From Alphaproteobacteria bacterium (GTDB lineage: Bacteria > Pseudomonadota > Alphaproteobacteria > UBA7887): a stretch of DNA of 64,000 nucleotides. The stretch lies in the NCBI GenBank assembly GCA_965216755.1, contig CBDCGL010000011.1:352001-416000 (forward strand), read 5' to 3'. The notes under the pieces are model-generated. The model was given only the letters and a program-made list of their open reading frames with translations, was not told the origin of the DNA and ran no database searches. The number at the start of each line of letters is the position of its first letter. The first letter of the stretch is position 1. This document shows positions 30,499 to 40,996 of the stretch, piece after piece. The position numbers and the translations under genes are program-made.

Positions 30499-31878
30499 TT
30501 GGCGTGCTGTGTTACGTTGTTTCATTCGCAATACATAAAACAAGCTGTGACTTTGACTAGCCAGGAGAAAAAAAAAGGATTTGGGAACTGCGATTCTAGA
30601 CGATTTGGTCCGTTGTTGTCGAAGAATGAGCCTGATCCCGGTGGGTGGTCGGCCGACACGTTTTCGGCCGGATCTCTGCAAGCCGGCGCCCGGCTGTATT
30701 CGGGATCCGGTTCGCGATGGGTGGGCCCCCATCTTTGGCGACGGAAACACGGAGCAGCCATAGTCTATTGGGATTATGGTGAGGTGCGCGGCGGCAAACA
30801 CATTCTGCTTCCCGATGGCAATCGCGGCGAAGTCTCATTCGTATTTGACCACGGGCTTCGGCGACGGGGCCCTGGTCGGCCACTATGGATCTACGGGACG
30901 CTTGAGGTTGGCGCGGATGACGCGATCTTTATCGACGGGCAGCAACCTGAGCCCTACGAGCCCGAACCGGTCGACGGTCCATCACTAGCCGCCGATTTGT
31001 GGGCTGACAAGTTGTTCTTGAGCTGGTTGCAGGATGACGGCGCCGCGCTGGCAGTGTACAGCGCAATTGCCAACAAGACATTTTACAAGGGCGACGATGA
31101 CCGCGGTTGGGAAATCGGAACGCGGCGCGCCGCCGCGCTGGTCGCAAGGCTTCGCAGCTTAGGCGAAAGCTATCAAGATTACTATCCACACGCATCGTAT
31201 GAGGGGCCATACCCGGACGACGAAAACCGGCTTGAGCTGATACATGTCGCGGCCGCCAAAGCTGACGAAGTACGCGCAAAAATCGATCAGCGTGCGGAGA
31301 TACTGACTGGGCTTCCGACGACGTTGGAGATTCCGGGTCAGAGCATCGTCGTCACGACGGCCGACGAACTTGATGCCATCTTTGAGGAGTGGTGGCGCGT
31401 CGCCCTCAAGACAGGCCGAATAGCAAGAAAGTACGCGGAAAGAATTGAGGCGGCGCGTGAAAGGCTAATCTCATTCCGCCGATCCAAGAATGACCCGGTC
31501 ATGGCAGAGTTCAAACGGCACTTGTCCCGCCTCGGATGGCGGGCGCAACGGCCCGCAGACCTCAATCGCGAAAGGGAATGTCAATTCGCCGCAGTCGAGC
31601 AGATATGGAAGGAGATTACCGACATTCAACAGCGTGCCCCAGCCCCGACGCCACACTGGGCCAAAGACATAATGGAGCAGGTCCCGATGGCAGCGATTTT
31701 CTTGCGGCATGTTGACGACTCCGGGCGCGAGTTCACTTTTCCGGCGATGCCGGAAGCCTTTCTCGAGCAGGCGCTGAGCCAATTGGCCTTAAGCGGCCGA
31801 CTTGGTGAAGCCGAATACAATGAGCTTCGGTCTCGCATCAGAGCAATCGACGTTTCGGTGCTGCGTCAGATTGATTGA
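30499..31878 (+). CDS. hypothetical protein (true start probably downstream of 30499)
   Basis: Long ORF with protein-like composition after about 30780; no family recognised. Confidence 0.65.
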   Translation: MACCVTLFHSQYIKQAVTLTSQEKKKGFGNCDSRRFGPLLSKNEPDPGGWSADTFSAGSLQAGARLYSGSGSRWVGPHLWRRKHGAAIVYWDYGEVRGGKHILLPDGNRGEVSFVFDHGLRRRGPGRPLWIYGTLEVGADDAIFIDGQQPEPYEPEPVDGPSLAADLWADKLFLSWLQDDGAALAVYSAIANKTFYKGDDDRGWEIGTRRAAALVARLRSLGESYQDYYPHASYEGPYPDDENRLELIHVAAAKADEVRAKIDQRAEILTGLPTTLEIPGQSIVVTTADELDAIFEEWWRVALKTGRIARKYAERIEAARERLISFRRSKNDPVMAEFKRHLSRLGWRAQRPADLNRERECQFAAVEQIWKEITDIQQRAPAPTPHWAKDIMEQVPMAAIFLRHVDDSGREFTFPAMPEAFLEQALSQLALSGRLGEAEYNELRSRIRAIDVSVLRQID

Positions 31879-32053
31879 CGATGGTCGTCCGAGAGCCGTG
31901 CCTTGGTGGCCTATGAGCCTTTGCTGCGGTGCAGCCATTGGGCTGCTCTTCCAACGGCGTGCTGGACGGTATCGGTCGCGCGTGTAATCTAGCCATTGGG
32001 CCAGCGAATATCGCGGGCCGTCCGAGTCCTTGGGTTTTGGAGTTAAGCAGCGA

Positions 32054-32866
32054 ATGAACGCGGTTACCGAGATAGAGCTCGACACACCAAAAATCATTGC
32101 GCGCAAGGATGCGCATATCGGCTGGCTCATTTTCAACAACCCGGAACGGCGTAATGCGCTGTCGTTGGACATGTGGCGCGCCGTCGCCGATGTGGCCGAG
32201 CGGTTCGCCCGTGACGACGATGTACGTGTCTTGGTCATGGCCGGCGCCGGCGACAAGGCGTTTGTCTCCGGTGCGGACATCTCCGAATTCGAAAAGCACC
32301 GCGCCAACGCGGAAGCCGAGAAGGAATACAATCGCATCTCCGCGGCCGCCCAGCACGCCCTTGGCTGTTTTGACAAGCCGCTGATCGCGATGATCCAGGG
32401 CTTTTGCATCGGCGGCGGCCTGGCGGTGGCGCTGCAAGCCGATATTCGCATTGCGGCGGAAGAATCTGTCTTTGCAATCCCGGCCGCGCGGCTCGGCCTT
32501 GGATACGGTTTTTCCGGTTTGCGCACGCTCACCAGTCTGGTTGGTCCGGCCCATGCGAAGGAAATCCTGTTTACCGCCCGGCGCTATTCGGCCGCCGAGG
32601 CATACGATATCGGGTTGGTCAATCGCGTGGTGGCACATGCGGATCTGGAGCCGACAGTGCGCGAGCTAGCCGCGATGATTGCCGACAATGCGCCGATGAC
32701 CGTTCGCGCCGCCAAGGCCACCATCGGCGAAGCGCTGAAGGATCCGGATGATCGTGACCTCGCCATGGTCGAAGACATGATCCGCGCCTGTTTTGATAGC
32801 GAGGATTTCGTCGAGGGCCGTCGCGCTTTCATGGAAAAGCGCAAACCGCAGTTCAAAGGACGGTAG
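32054..32866 (+). CDS. enoyl-CoA hydratase / crotonase family protein
   Basis: FNNPERRNAL, AFVSGADISE, GFCIGGG, EGRRAFMEKRKP. Confidence 0.93.
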   Translation: MNAVTEIELDTPKIIARKDAHIGWLIFNNPERRNALSLDMWRAVADVAERFARDDDVRVLVMAGAGDKAFVSGADISEFEKHRANAEAEKEYNRISAAAQHALGCFDKPLIAMIQGFCIGGGLAVALQADIRIAAEESVFAIPAARLGLGYGFSGLRTLTSLVGPAHAKEILFTARRYSAAEAYDIGLVNRVVAHADLEPTVRELAAMIADNAPMTVRAAKATIGEALKDPDDRDLAMVEDMIRACFDSEDFVEGRRAFMEKRKPQFKGR

Positions 32867-32910
32867 CGCCATGGCGTTCACACCCACCGCGTTTTGGGAG
32901 TGACGAGACG

Positions 32911-35046
32911 GTGATCGATCGTGCGATGTCCCTGCGGCCCCTTTATGCGCCCAATAATATCGTGGTGATCGGGGCGTCTAACGATAGGCGGAAATTTGGC
33001 GGTCGGCCGATTCACTACATGCAGAGGGACGGCTATCAAGGTGTCATCTATCCGGTCAATCCGCGCGAGACCGAAATTCAAGGCCTGAAGGCTTATGCTG
33101 ACGTTCGCGATATCGAAGCTGAAATTGATCTCGCATTGATCGCCGTGCCCGCCGCGCGCGTGACCGAGGCCGCTCAGGCTTGCGCGGAGGCGGGCGTCAA
33201 GTCGGCCGTGGTGATTGCATCAGGTTTTGCCGAAGCTGACCTTGAGGGCGGCACTGAGTCTCAGCGGCGGCTGACGGAGATCGCGAACGAGACGGGCATG
33301 CGGATTCTAGGTCCCAATTGCTTGGGAACTGTTAGCTTACATAACGGTGCCGTAACGACGTTTGCAAGCTTTTTCGATCTCGATATGCCCAAACCGGGTG
33401 GGATCGCCATTGCCAGCCAGTCTGGCGCCATTGGTGGCCACATTCTGGTCCTCGCTGGACAAAGAGGGATCGGCGTCCATTCCATGATGACCACGGGAAA
33501 CGAGTGCGACGTCGATGTTGCCGAATGTATCGCCTACGCCGCAACCGACCCCAGCGTGTCCGTCATAACGACCTATTTCGAGGGATGTCGAAAGCCGGAT
33601 GTGTTGCGTGCCGCGTTGGAGCAAGCCCGGTTGAATCGTAAACCCGTTATTGCGATGAAAGTCGGCGCGACGGATATTGGCGCCGCGGCAGTTAGCACGC
33701 ATACCGCCGCGCTGGCCGGGTCAGACGCGGTGTTTGACGCCGTACTCCGTTCGCATGGGGCCTACCGCGCGCGCAGTATCGGGGAAATGCTTGAATTGGC
33801 GGCGGCGTGCGCGGCCGGGAAGTATCCGGCCGGGAAACGCCTCGCGATCGTCACGATTTCTGGGGGCGGTGGCATCATTGCGGCGGACGCGGCGGTCGAA
33901 CACGGATTGGATGTCCCGGCGATGCCGGCCGAGGCCCAGCGCATTCTAAAGGATCTGATGCCCTTTGCGGCTGTCCGCAATCCGGTCGACACCACGGCAC
34001 AGGTTGCCAACAACGCGGAACTCCTGCGACGAAACCTTGAAGTGGTGCTGGACCAAGGCGGTTGCGATGCGGTCGTCCTGTTCATGACATATGCGGGGGC
34101 AATCAAGAGCTATTGGGAGAATTTGAAGGTTATGTTGCCCGCGTTCCGCGCGCGCTATCCCGGCGCGCTGGTTGTTTGCGCCGGTCTTTTTCAGCGCGAC
34201 GACGCAGCATTATTGCGCGATCACGGATACATGGTCGTCGAAGACCTCAATGAGGCGGTTGCGATCGTTGCGCAACTCGAGAAGTTTGCGGCAGCATTCG
34301 CGTGTACGCCGAACGATGCGACGGCGGGTGCCGGCAAGGTGTCGGTGCCGACGCGTCCCTTGAACGAATATGACGCGAGCCGTCTGTTGGACGCGGCCGG
34401 TGTACCAATGATATCCGCGCACGTTGCTGGTTCGGCGGACGAAGCGGTGGCAGCCGCGGAACGCGTGGGGTGGCCGGTCGTGTTGAAATTGCTGTCGCCC
34501 GATGTCGCGCACAAGACCGAGATCGGCGGCGTCCGTCTTGGGCTCGAATCCGTTGACGTAGTTCGCAGTGCTTATGACGACATCGTGGCCGCTGCACGGG
34601 ACAAAGCCCATCAGGCTACGGTTGACGGGGTCTTGGTGGCACCGATGGCGACGGACGGCGTCGAGACCATACTCGGCGTTGTCATGGATGCGGTATTCGG
34701 TCCGGTGATTATGTTCGGTCTCGGTGGCATAATCACGGAATTATTTGAGGATGTAACGTTTCGTCCAGCACCTTTTGATATCGACGAAGCCTATCGGATG
34801 ATCAACGAAATCAAGGGCGTTGCGTTACTGCAGGGCGCTCGGGGTAAACCCCCGGCGGATATTGATGCGTTGGCCAAGGCGATATCGAATTTGTCGGCTT
34901 TTGCGCATGCCAACCGCGACCGCCTGGCCGGTGTCGATATCAATCCGTTCTTGGTGCGAACGCGCGGTGAGGGCGTCGTGGGATTGGACGCATTGATCGA
35001 GACGATCGGCATGGACAAGGCGGCGAAGATCATCCCACCCGAGTGA
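32911..35046 (+). CDS. ADP-forming acyl-CoA synthetase (acetate-CoA ligase family)
   Basis: VIGASND, GPNCLG, SQSGA, STHTAAL phospho-His motif, HKTEIGGV, DINP. Confidence 0.9.
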   Translation: MIDRAMSLRPLYAPNNIVVIGASNDRRKFGGRPIHYMQRDGYQGVIYPVNPRETEIQGLKAYADVRDIEAEIDLALIAVPAARVTEAAQACAEAGVKSAVVIASGFAEADLEGGTESQRRLTEIANETGMRILGPNCLGTVSLHNGAVTTFASFFDLDMPKPGGIAIASQSGAIGGHILVLAGQRGIGVHSMMTTGNECDVDVAECIAYAATDPSVSVITTYFEGCRKPDVLRAALEQARLNRKPVIAMKVGATDIGAAAVSTHTAALAGSDAVFDAVLRSHGAYRARSIGEMLELAAACAAGKYPAGKRLAIVTISGGGGIIAADAAVEHGLDVPAMPAEAQRILKDLMPFAAVRNPVDTTAQVANNAELLRRNLEVVLDQGGCDAVVLFMTYAGAIKSYWENLKVMLPAFRARYPGALVVCAGLFQRDDAALLRDHGYMVVEDLNEAVAIVAQLEKFAAAFACTPNDATAGAGKVSVPTRPLNEYDASRLLDAAGVPMISAHVAGSADEAVAAAERVGWPVVLKLLSPDVAHKTEIGGVRLGLESVDVVRSAYDDIVAAARDKAHQATVDGVLVAPMATDGVETILGVVMDAVFGPVIMFGLGGIITELFEDVTFRPAPFDIDEAYRMINEIKGVALLQGARGKPPADIDALAKAISNLSAFAHANRDRLAGVDINPFLVRTRGEGVVGLDALIETIGMDKAAKIIPPE

Positions 35047-35267
35047 GCGCGGGAACGAATTCGAACGTGCCCGTCGACGCGGTGCCGACGGATTGGCGCG
35101 CCCGACGTCTTCTCTAACGACAAATTTCCAACCGCGACACGCTGTGAATGTCGGCGGAAGTATGGACAAATTAGCGAGGTCGATCCACGCTCAGCGGATC
35201 CGTTCCGAAAGCAACCTGTCAATGAATATGGGGAATGCAAAACACCCATGCAGCCGGGATGATGTCC

Positions 35268-35648
35268 ATGATCAAGCTTGTCTTTTGCTTACGCCGTCTG
35301 CCGACATTGACGGTCCAGGAGTTTCAGCGCACGTGGCGAGAAGAACATGCGCCGCTGGTGCGGAAACATCAAGAAGCCCTCGGTATTCTGCGATACGTAC
35401 AACTGCACACGGACCATGGCGTTGTGACGGCCGGCCTCACCGCGTCGCGTGGCGCGCAGCCGCCCTATGATGGCGTCGCCGAGCTTTGGTATGAGAGTCG
35501 CGAGGCGCTAGCCGCTTTGGCGCATGATCCGGCGGCGCGGGCGGCGGGTCGGGCCCTGTTGGAGGACGAGCGGCGGTTTATAGACCTTGCCAATTCCAGC
35601 ATCTTTGTAGGTGAGGCGTTCGAGGTCATATCCGCCGCCGCCGATTAG
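35268..35648 (+). CDS. EthD-domain protein
   Basis: MIKLVFCLRR...EFQRTWREEHAPLV, YDGVAELWY, EDERRFID. Confidence 0.88.
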   Translation: MIKLVFCLRRLPTLTVQEFQRTWREEHAPLVRKHQEALGILRYVQLHTDHGVVTAGLTASRGAQPPYDGVAELWYESREALAALAHDPAARAAGRALLEDERRFIDLANSSIFVGEAFEVISAAAD

Positions 35649-35720
35649 GGGTTGCGCGCCGCGCGACTCGGCGGCCTTATTGACGATCACGATTGATCCG
35701 GGCGAAATCAAGGAGGAACC

Positions 35721-36122
35721 GTGGACATCACGCCGCGCGTGCCCGCTGATCGCATGCTCATCCAGAGCTATGGCGGCGATGGGTTTCGGATCAGTGGGAG
35801 CTGCTATCATGGATCTGTCTTGGTCACGGCAAACGCGGTTTTACCTTGGCGCGTAGCCGCGTCTGACGAGTTGCTGGCTGGCGACGCGGCCGAGATTGTC
35901 AAGCGATTGTTTGGGCAAATCAAGACGATCGATCAGCATGTTAACACTGTGCTGCTCGGTTGCGGCGAAACGACTGCGATGCTGCCTTCGGCGCTGCGCC
36001 AAGCCATGCGCGCGCGTGGCTTTGTCGTCGACGCGATGACGACAGCGGCCGCGTGTCGCACCTACAATGTACTAGTGGCCGAAGATCGGCCCGTGCTCGC
36101 GGCGCTCATCGCGGTGGCTTAG
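35721..36122 (+). CDS. Mth938-like domain protein (NDUFAF3 homolog)
   Basis: IQSYGGDGFRI, LLGCG, MTTAAACRTYNVLVAEDR. Confidence 0.9.
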   Translation: MDITPRVPADRMLIQSYGGDGFRISGSCYHGSVLVTANAVLPWRVAASDELLAGDAAEIVKRLFGQIKTIDQHVNTVLLGCGETTAMLPSALRQAMRARGFVVDAMTTAAACRTYNVLVAEDRPVLAALIAVA

Positions 36123-36138
36123 ACCGAGAACAAAAAGT

Positions 36139-36978
36139 ATGACACCGGCGGACGCCATCGCGGCGTGTGCGGAGACTGCCCGCGTGCACGACCCCGATCG
36201 GTACATCTGTAGCCTGTTCGCGCCGGACGCCGCCCGTGGCCGATTGCATGCATTGCATGCGTTCAACGTTGAGATTGCCCGGTCCGCCGAAGCCGCGAGC
36301 GAACCAGCATTGGGGGCGATCAGATTACAGTGGTGGCGCGAGGCCATTGAAAACGTTTTCGATGATGCACCACCAGATCATCCGGTGACTGTGGCTTTGT
36401 CGGCGACCTTTCGCGACGGGCATATGTCGCAGCGGAGGATGGCGCGGCTCATCGACGCGCACCAGGCGGATTTTGTTGCCCGGCCATTTCGCAACATGGA
36501 CGCACTCGCCAGCTACGTCGATCAAACGGCCGTCGGTCTTGTCGTCCTGGAGCTTGAAGCGCTTGGCGTTCGCGATGTGGCTGATGTTGAGGCTGTGCGG
36601 GGGATCGGAATGGCTTGCGGATTGACCGGGATCATTCGATCGATCGGCTATCAGGCGCGGCGGCGACGTCTTGTCATTCCGGACACAATATGTCGAGACT
36701 GTGGGCTTGATGCCAAGACCGTGTTCGCGGGGCAGGTGACACCGGCCGTGTGCACCGCGGTGCAAGTCCTCGCCAAATCCGCGTGGGCCAATCTTGAGAG
36801 CGTAGAGGGGACCGCGCGCGACACGCCGCGCACAGTGCATTTAGTTGCGTCTCTTGCCAGGGCCTATTTGCGCCGCGTGGCCCGGGTTGGCAACAACCCG
36901 TTCGACCCGCACGTCGCCATGGGGCCGTTGGCGCGCTGGCTTCGGGTCACGTGGTCTGCCGTATCCGGGCGGTATTGA
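36139..36978 (+). CDS. phytoene/squalene synthase-family protein (NDUFAF6-like)
   Basis: DPDRYICSLFAP, LHAFNVEIAR, IRLQWWRE. Confidence 0.88.
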   Translation: MTPADAIAACAETARVHDPDRYICSLFAPDAARGRLHALHAFNVEIARSAEAASEPALGAIRLQWWREAIENVFDDAPPDHPVTVALSATFRDGHMSQRRMARLIDAHQADFVARPFRNMDALASYVDQTAVGLVVLELEALGVRDVADVEAVRGIGMACGLTGIIRSIGYQARRRRLVIPDTICRDCGLDAKTVFAGQVTPAVCTAVQVLAKSAWANLESVEGTARDTPRTVHLVASLARAYLRRVARVGNNPFDPHVAMGPLARWLRVTWSAVSGRY

Positions 36979-37061
36979 TGTGTTGCCGTGAATAGCCGGT
37001 CAGGTCAGGATTGGATTCATCCAATTCAGAATCAAAGATGACATGTTGGGAGGGCACGACG

Positions 37062-38243
37062 ATGGCATGGCGAGAAAGCAGGGGCGTTGCGGCCGTTCTT
37101 TGTCTTGGGCTTGTGTGTGCGTATGCCGCTGCGGCACACGCGGATCTGCTGATCACCGGCAATGACGGCAAAGTCACATTTGGCGATAGCGGCGCTCAGT
37201 TTGGGCCGCCGGGTGGCGACAGCGTCTCCATTGTTGATGTCGGCGCCGACCCGGAGTCGCCGTCGTTGGTTGTCGATTTGAAGCTGATGAACTCGGTCTT
37301 TGGGCCGCCGACAAACGTTGTTATCAGCGAAGACCAGAGCTTGGCCCTGGTCGCTAACGCCATGGCCTGGACTCAGGATGGCGATGCCTGGAAACCGGCC
37401 CCGAACAACCAACTCCACGTCATCGATCTGACTGTCGATCCGCCGGCGCATATCGATACAGTGGACGTGGGCGCGCAGCCATCCGGACTGGCAATAAATC
37501 GCGCCGGCAATCTGGCACTGGCGGCACTGCGAGCCGATGGTGCCGTCGGCATAATTTCGATCGCGGGCAAGTCGGTAAGCTATCTCGGCGCAGTGGAGGT
37601 TGGTGAGCAAGCCGCGGCTGTCGCATTTGCGCCCGACGGCACGCGTGCCCTTGTCGCCAAGTTTGCCGAGCACAAAATTGGCGTATTGGACATCGACGGC
37701 ACCACAGTGACCTACGATGCCGCAAACGATATGCCCGTTGGCCTATGGCCGTACAATGTCAAGATTACGCCTGACGGCGGTTTGGCACTAACGGCTGACA
37801 ACGGCAATCGCGGGCAATCCGACGGCCACGTCGATACGGTGAGTGTGATTGACTTGGATGCACGTCCGCCGCGTGTAATTGATCGCATTGTCGTTGGTGA
37901 TGCTCCCGAAGGCCTAGCCATCAGCCCAAATGGCGATGTCGCCGTGGCCGTTCTGCTCCGAGGCAGCGCGGGCATCCCCGCCGATACTTGGTACTACAAC
38001 GCGACCGGCAGCGTCGTTGTCCTGAAGATTGACGGAAAGACCGTCACACGCGGCGACGAAATCGATGTGGGCGGTCTACCCGAAGGTGTCGTTTTCAACC
38101 GGGACGGCAGTTACCTGTATGTGGGCAACTATACCGATAGCGATCTGTCGATCCTCAAAGTTGACGGCACGACGGTGGTGGATACGGGCAAGCGTTTCGC
38201 GTTGCCGGGCCAGCCCGGCTCGGTCGGCAACAGCGTGCCCTAA
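37062..38243 (+). CDS. secreted YncE/YVTN-type beta-propeller protein
   Basis: Signal peptide; repeated VG..P.GLAI.PDG motifs. Confidence 0.85.
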   Translation: MAWRESRGVAAVLCLGLVCAYAAAAHADLLITGNDGKVTFGDSGAQFGPPGGDSVSIVDVGADPESPSLVVDLKLMNSVFGPPTNVVISEDQSLALVANAMAWTQDGDAWKPAPNNQLHVIDLTVDPPAHIDTVDVGAQPSGLAINRAGNLALAALRADGAVGIISIAGKSVSYLGAVEVGEQAAAVAFAPDGTRALVAKFAEHKIGVLDIDGTTVTYDAANDMPVGLWPYNVKITPDGGLALTADNGNRGQSDGHVDTVSVIDLDARPPRVIDRIVVGDAPEGLAISPNGDVAVAVLLRGSAGIPADTWYYNATGSVVVLKIDGKTVTRGDEIDVGGLPEGVVFNRDGSYLYVGNYTDSDLSILKVDGTTVVDTGKRFALPGQPGSVGNSVP

Positions 38244-38602
38244 GAAGACGCTGACGGTGGGTCGACCGAGAGCACTTGTTGGCGTCGGCGGTAATTTGAG
38301 GACGTTGACACAGCAATTACTGTCAAGATAACGACCAGTGCGATCGCCACATATACGGTCATACCCAAACCGACCATCAGGGCGATCGCACCCACCGCCG
38401 CCATGGCAAAAAAGTATACAGTGAGCAGCCAGCCAAGCGTTCCGACCATCCACCGCGCGCTGCGATGTAGGAACGAGTGTGGATCAAATGCTGCGCTGAA
38501 CGTGCCACCAAATGCCACTGTGATCGCAACGAACACGATCAGCCCGTCTCGCCATATGAGAAACGGGATCGACAAGACCAACACGAGCAACCAGTAGCGC
38601 AC
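38240..38602 (-). CDS. hypothetical membrane protein
   Basis: About four hydrophobic segments; AGAAGG upstream; fills the gap after trmFO. Confidence 0.55.
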   Translation of the reverse strand: MRYWLLVLVLSIPFLIWRDGLIVFVAITVAFGGTFSAAFDPHSFLHRSARWMVGTLGWLLTVYFFAMAAVGAIALMVGLGMTVYVAIALVVILTVIAVSTSSNYRRRQQVLSVDPPSASS

Positions 38603-38687
38603 AGGTGCCTTCTTGGTGAATAGACCAGTCCGTTGAATCGCACTGAAACTGTAACGGCAAAATGGATTTGATGCGAGTCCGGCGCGG

Positions 38688-40043
38688 TCATTCCGCCGCG
38701 ATGCGGCGATCCTCTAGCCAACGGTCCAAATCGGCAAGAGCTCGCCGGCTCAGTGCGGGCTTGCGATCTTTGCGTTTGTGCCGCTTGTCCAAGGGCAGAA
38801 ACAAGCCGAAATTCACGTTCATTGGCTGAAACGTGGCCGCATCGCCGCCACCGGTGATGTGCCCGAGCAATGCACCCAGCGCTGTCGTTGGGGGTGGCGG
38901 AGCGGCTATAGCGCCCTGCTGCTCCGCCGCCGCGAAACGCCCGGCCAGGAGACCAATCGCGGCGCTTTCCACGTAGCCTTCAACGCCAGTGATTTGGCCA
39001 GCAAAGCGCAGGCGTGGCTCGGCGGCCAGACGCAACTGGTTATCGAGGAGCCGAGGACTGTTGATAAAGCTGTTGCGGTGCAATCCACCGAGCCGCGCGA
39101 ATTCGGCGTTCTCAAGCCCGGGTATGGTTCGAAAGATCTCGACCTGTGCGCCGTGGCGGAGCTTGGTTTGAAAACCGACCATATTGTAGAGGGTGCCGAG
39201 CGCGTTGTCTTGGCGCAACTGCACGACCGCAAACGGCTGTTCGGATTGATGTGGGTTGGTGAGACCGACCGGCTTCATCGGGCCAAACCGCAAAGTGTCC
39301 ACGCCCCGCGACGCCATCACCTCGATCGGCAGGCAGCCTTCGAAATAGGGTGTGTTCTCTTCCCATTCACGAAAATCGAGTGTATCGCCGTCAAGCAGTC
39401 GCGCGATGAACGCTGCATATTGCGTGCGATCGAGCGGGCAGTTGATATATGCCGCGCGGTCGCCGCCGGGGCCCTCTTTGTCATATCGTGATTGGCGCCA
39501 TGCCTGATCGAAATCAATCGAATCGCGGTAAACGATCGGCGCGATGGCGTCAAAGAACGCCAAATTTTCAATGCCTGTACGCGCGCGGATCGCATCGGCC
39601 AAAGTGGATGACGTCAGTGGGCCGGTGGCTATGATCACCGACGACCAGTCGGCCGGCGGCAGGCCCGCCACTTCTTCGCGGACAATGGATATGGCAGGCT
39701 GGCGTTCCATTGCGCTTTGCACTGCATTTGCAAACGCGACACGATCCACTGCCAGGGCGCCACCAGCCGGCACTTGATGGGCATCTGCGGACGCCATGAT
39801 CAGACTGTTGCAGCGGCGCATTTCCGCATGCAACAAGCCGACGGCGTTGCGTTCGGCGTCGTCCGATCGGAATGAGTTCGAGCATACGAGCTCGGCTAGC
39901 TGGTCCGTTTGATGCGCATCGGTGCTGCGCACCGGACGCATCTCGTGAACCACAACATGGGCGCCAGCCCGTGCAGCCTGCCAGGCCGCTTCGCAGCCGG
40001 CCAGCCCACCGCCGACAATGTGAATGGGTTCCGAGGATGTCAT
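38688..40043 (-). CDS. trmFO: FADH2/methylene-THF tRNA (uracil-5-)-methyltransferase
   Basis: [45 protein letters not shown]. Confidence 0.96.
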   Translation of the reverse strand: MTSSEPIHIVGGGLAGCEAAWQAARAGAHVVVHEMRPVRSTDAHQTDQLAELVCSNSFRSDDAERNAVGLLHAEMRRCNSLIMASADAHQVPAGGALAVDRVAFANAVQSAMERQPAISIVREEVAGLPPADWSSVIIATGPLTSSTLADAIRARTGIENLAFFDAIAPIVYRDSIDFDQAWRQSRYDKEGPGGDRAAYINCPLDRTQYAAFIARLLDGDTLDFREWEENTPYFEGCLPIEVMASRGVDTLRFGPMKPVGLTNPHQSEQPFAVVQLRQDNALGTLYNMVGFQTKLRHGAQVEIFRTIPGLENAEFARLGGLHRNSFINSPRLLDNQLRLAAEPRLRFAGQITGVEGYVESAAIGLLAGRFAAAEQQGAIAAPPPPTTALGALLGHITGGGDAATFQPMNVNFGLFLPLDKRHKRKDRKPALSRRALADLDRWLEDRRIAAE

Positions 40044-40204
40044 GGCATCTCTCACGCCGCTTGGAGTTAGATCGACCTTCGTTCAAACGGAATCGTTTGA
40101 ACGAAGATAAATTGATCGATATCAGATAGATAGAGCATGACACGCGATCGTATGTGAGCGTGAAGTGCTCTAGGTTCGCATGAAATCAACTATATCATGG
40201 CGCC

Positions 40205-40996
40205 ATGCATACGATCGTCTTTCAGTCATTTCGAACAAGCGACGTGCCCATGGCGATACGGCGTTCGCTCGCATCTGTGGCGGCGTGGGCCGACCTGCGC
40301 AGATATGACTATCAGTTTCTGGATGATGACTTGTTCGCGCAGGTGCCAGACAACATCCGCCTTCGCCTCGGCGAACATCCCTTGCCGCTATCGGACATTG
40401 CCCGGTTGCTCAAAGCGCGGGACTTTTTGCGCCAGGGTTACGAGCGCGCGATATGGGCCGATGCCGACATTGTGGTTTTCGATCCTGAACATTTAGAGAT
40501 CCGGGTCACATCGCAATATGCTTTCTGCCGTGAAGTGTGGGTCCGTCGTGGCGGTCGCGGTCAGTATATAGTCACAGACGGGCTGCACAACGCGATGTGC
40601 GTTTTTTGCCAAGGCAACGATATGCTCGATTTCTACATCCACGCCTGTCAGTCTCTTGCCGCACGCACCGACCGCGAGTATCTGCCACACAGTTTCGGGC
40701 CGGATCTGCTCGGCCGGCTCCAAGACATTATTGGCGACCGTATTTTGCGGGAGGTCGGGCTGTTTAGCCCTGTGGTGACGGCGGATATTGCCAAGGGTGG
40801 CGGCAAGGCCACCCGCGCTTATGCCGAAGCATTCGCGCATCCGGTGCGCGCCGCCAACCTGTGCCTGTCGTTTTTTGGCCGTTCCTCAAGTGGCGTGCGT
40901 TTGACCGACCGCGTGGTCAACGCAGCCATTGATCGTTTGCTTGAAACCAAGGGCGAAGTGATCAACTGTTATCAGTCCGGAGTAAGTTCAACCTAG
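40205..40996 (+). CDS. hypothetical protein, possible GT-A fold (DxD motif)
   Basis: [26 protein letters not shown]. Confidence 0.65.
   Translation: MHTIVFQSFRTSDVPMAIRRSLASVAAWADLRRYDYQFLDDDLFAQVPDNIRLRLGEHPLPLSDIARLLKARDFLRQGYERAIWADADIVVFDPEHLEIRVTSQYAFCREVWVRRGGRGQYIVTDGLHNAMCVFCQGNDMLDFYIHACQSLAARTDREYLPHSFGPDLLGRLQDIIGDRILREVGLFSPVVTADIAKGGGKATRAYAEAFAHPVRAANLCLSFFGRSSSGVRLTDRVVNAAIDRLLETKGEVINCYQSGVSST

Noticed and set aside
30568-30576. A9 tract as a phase-variation site in the orphan ORF
   Set aside because: Probably upstream of the real start codon, in an AT-rich promoter region.
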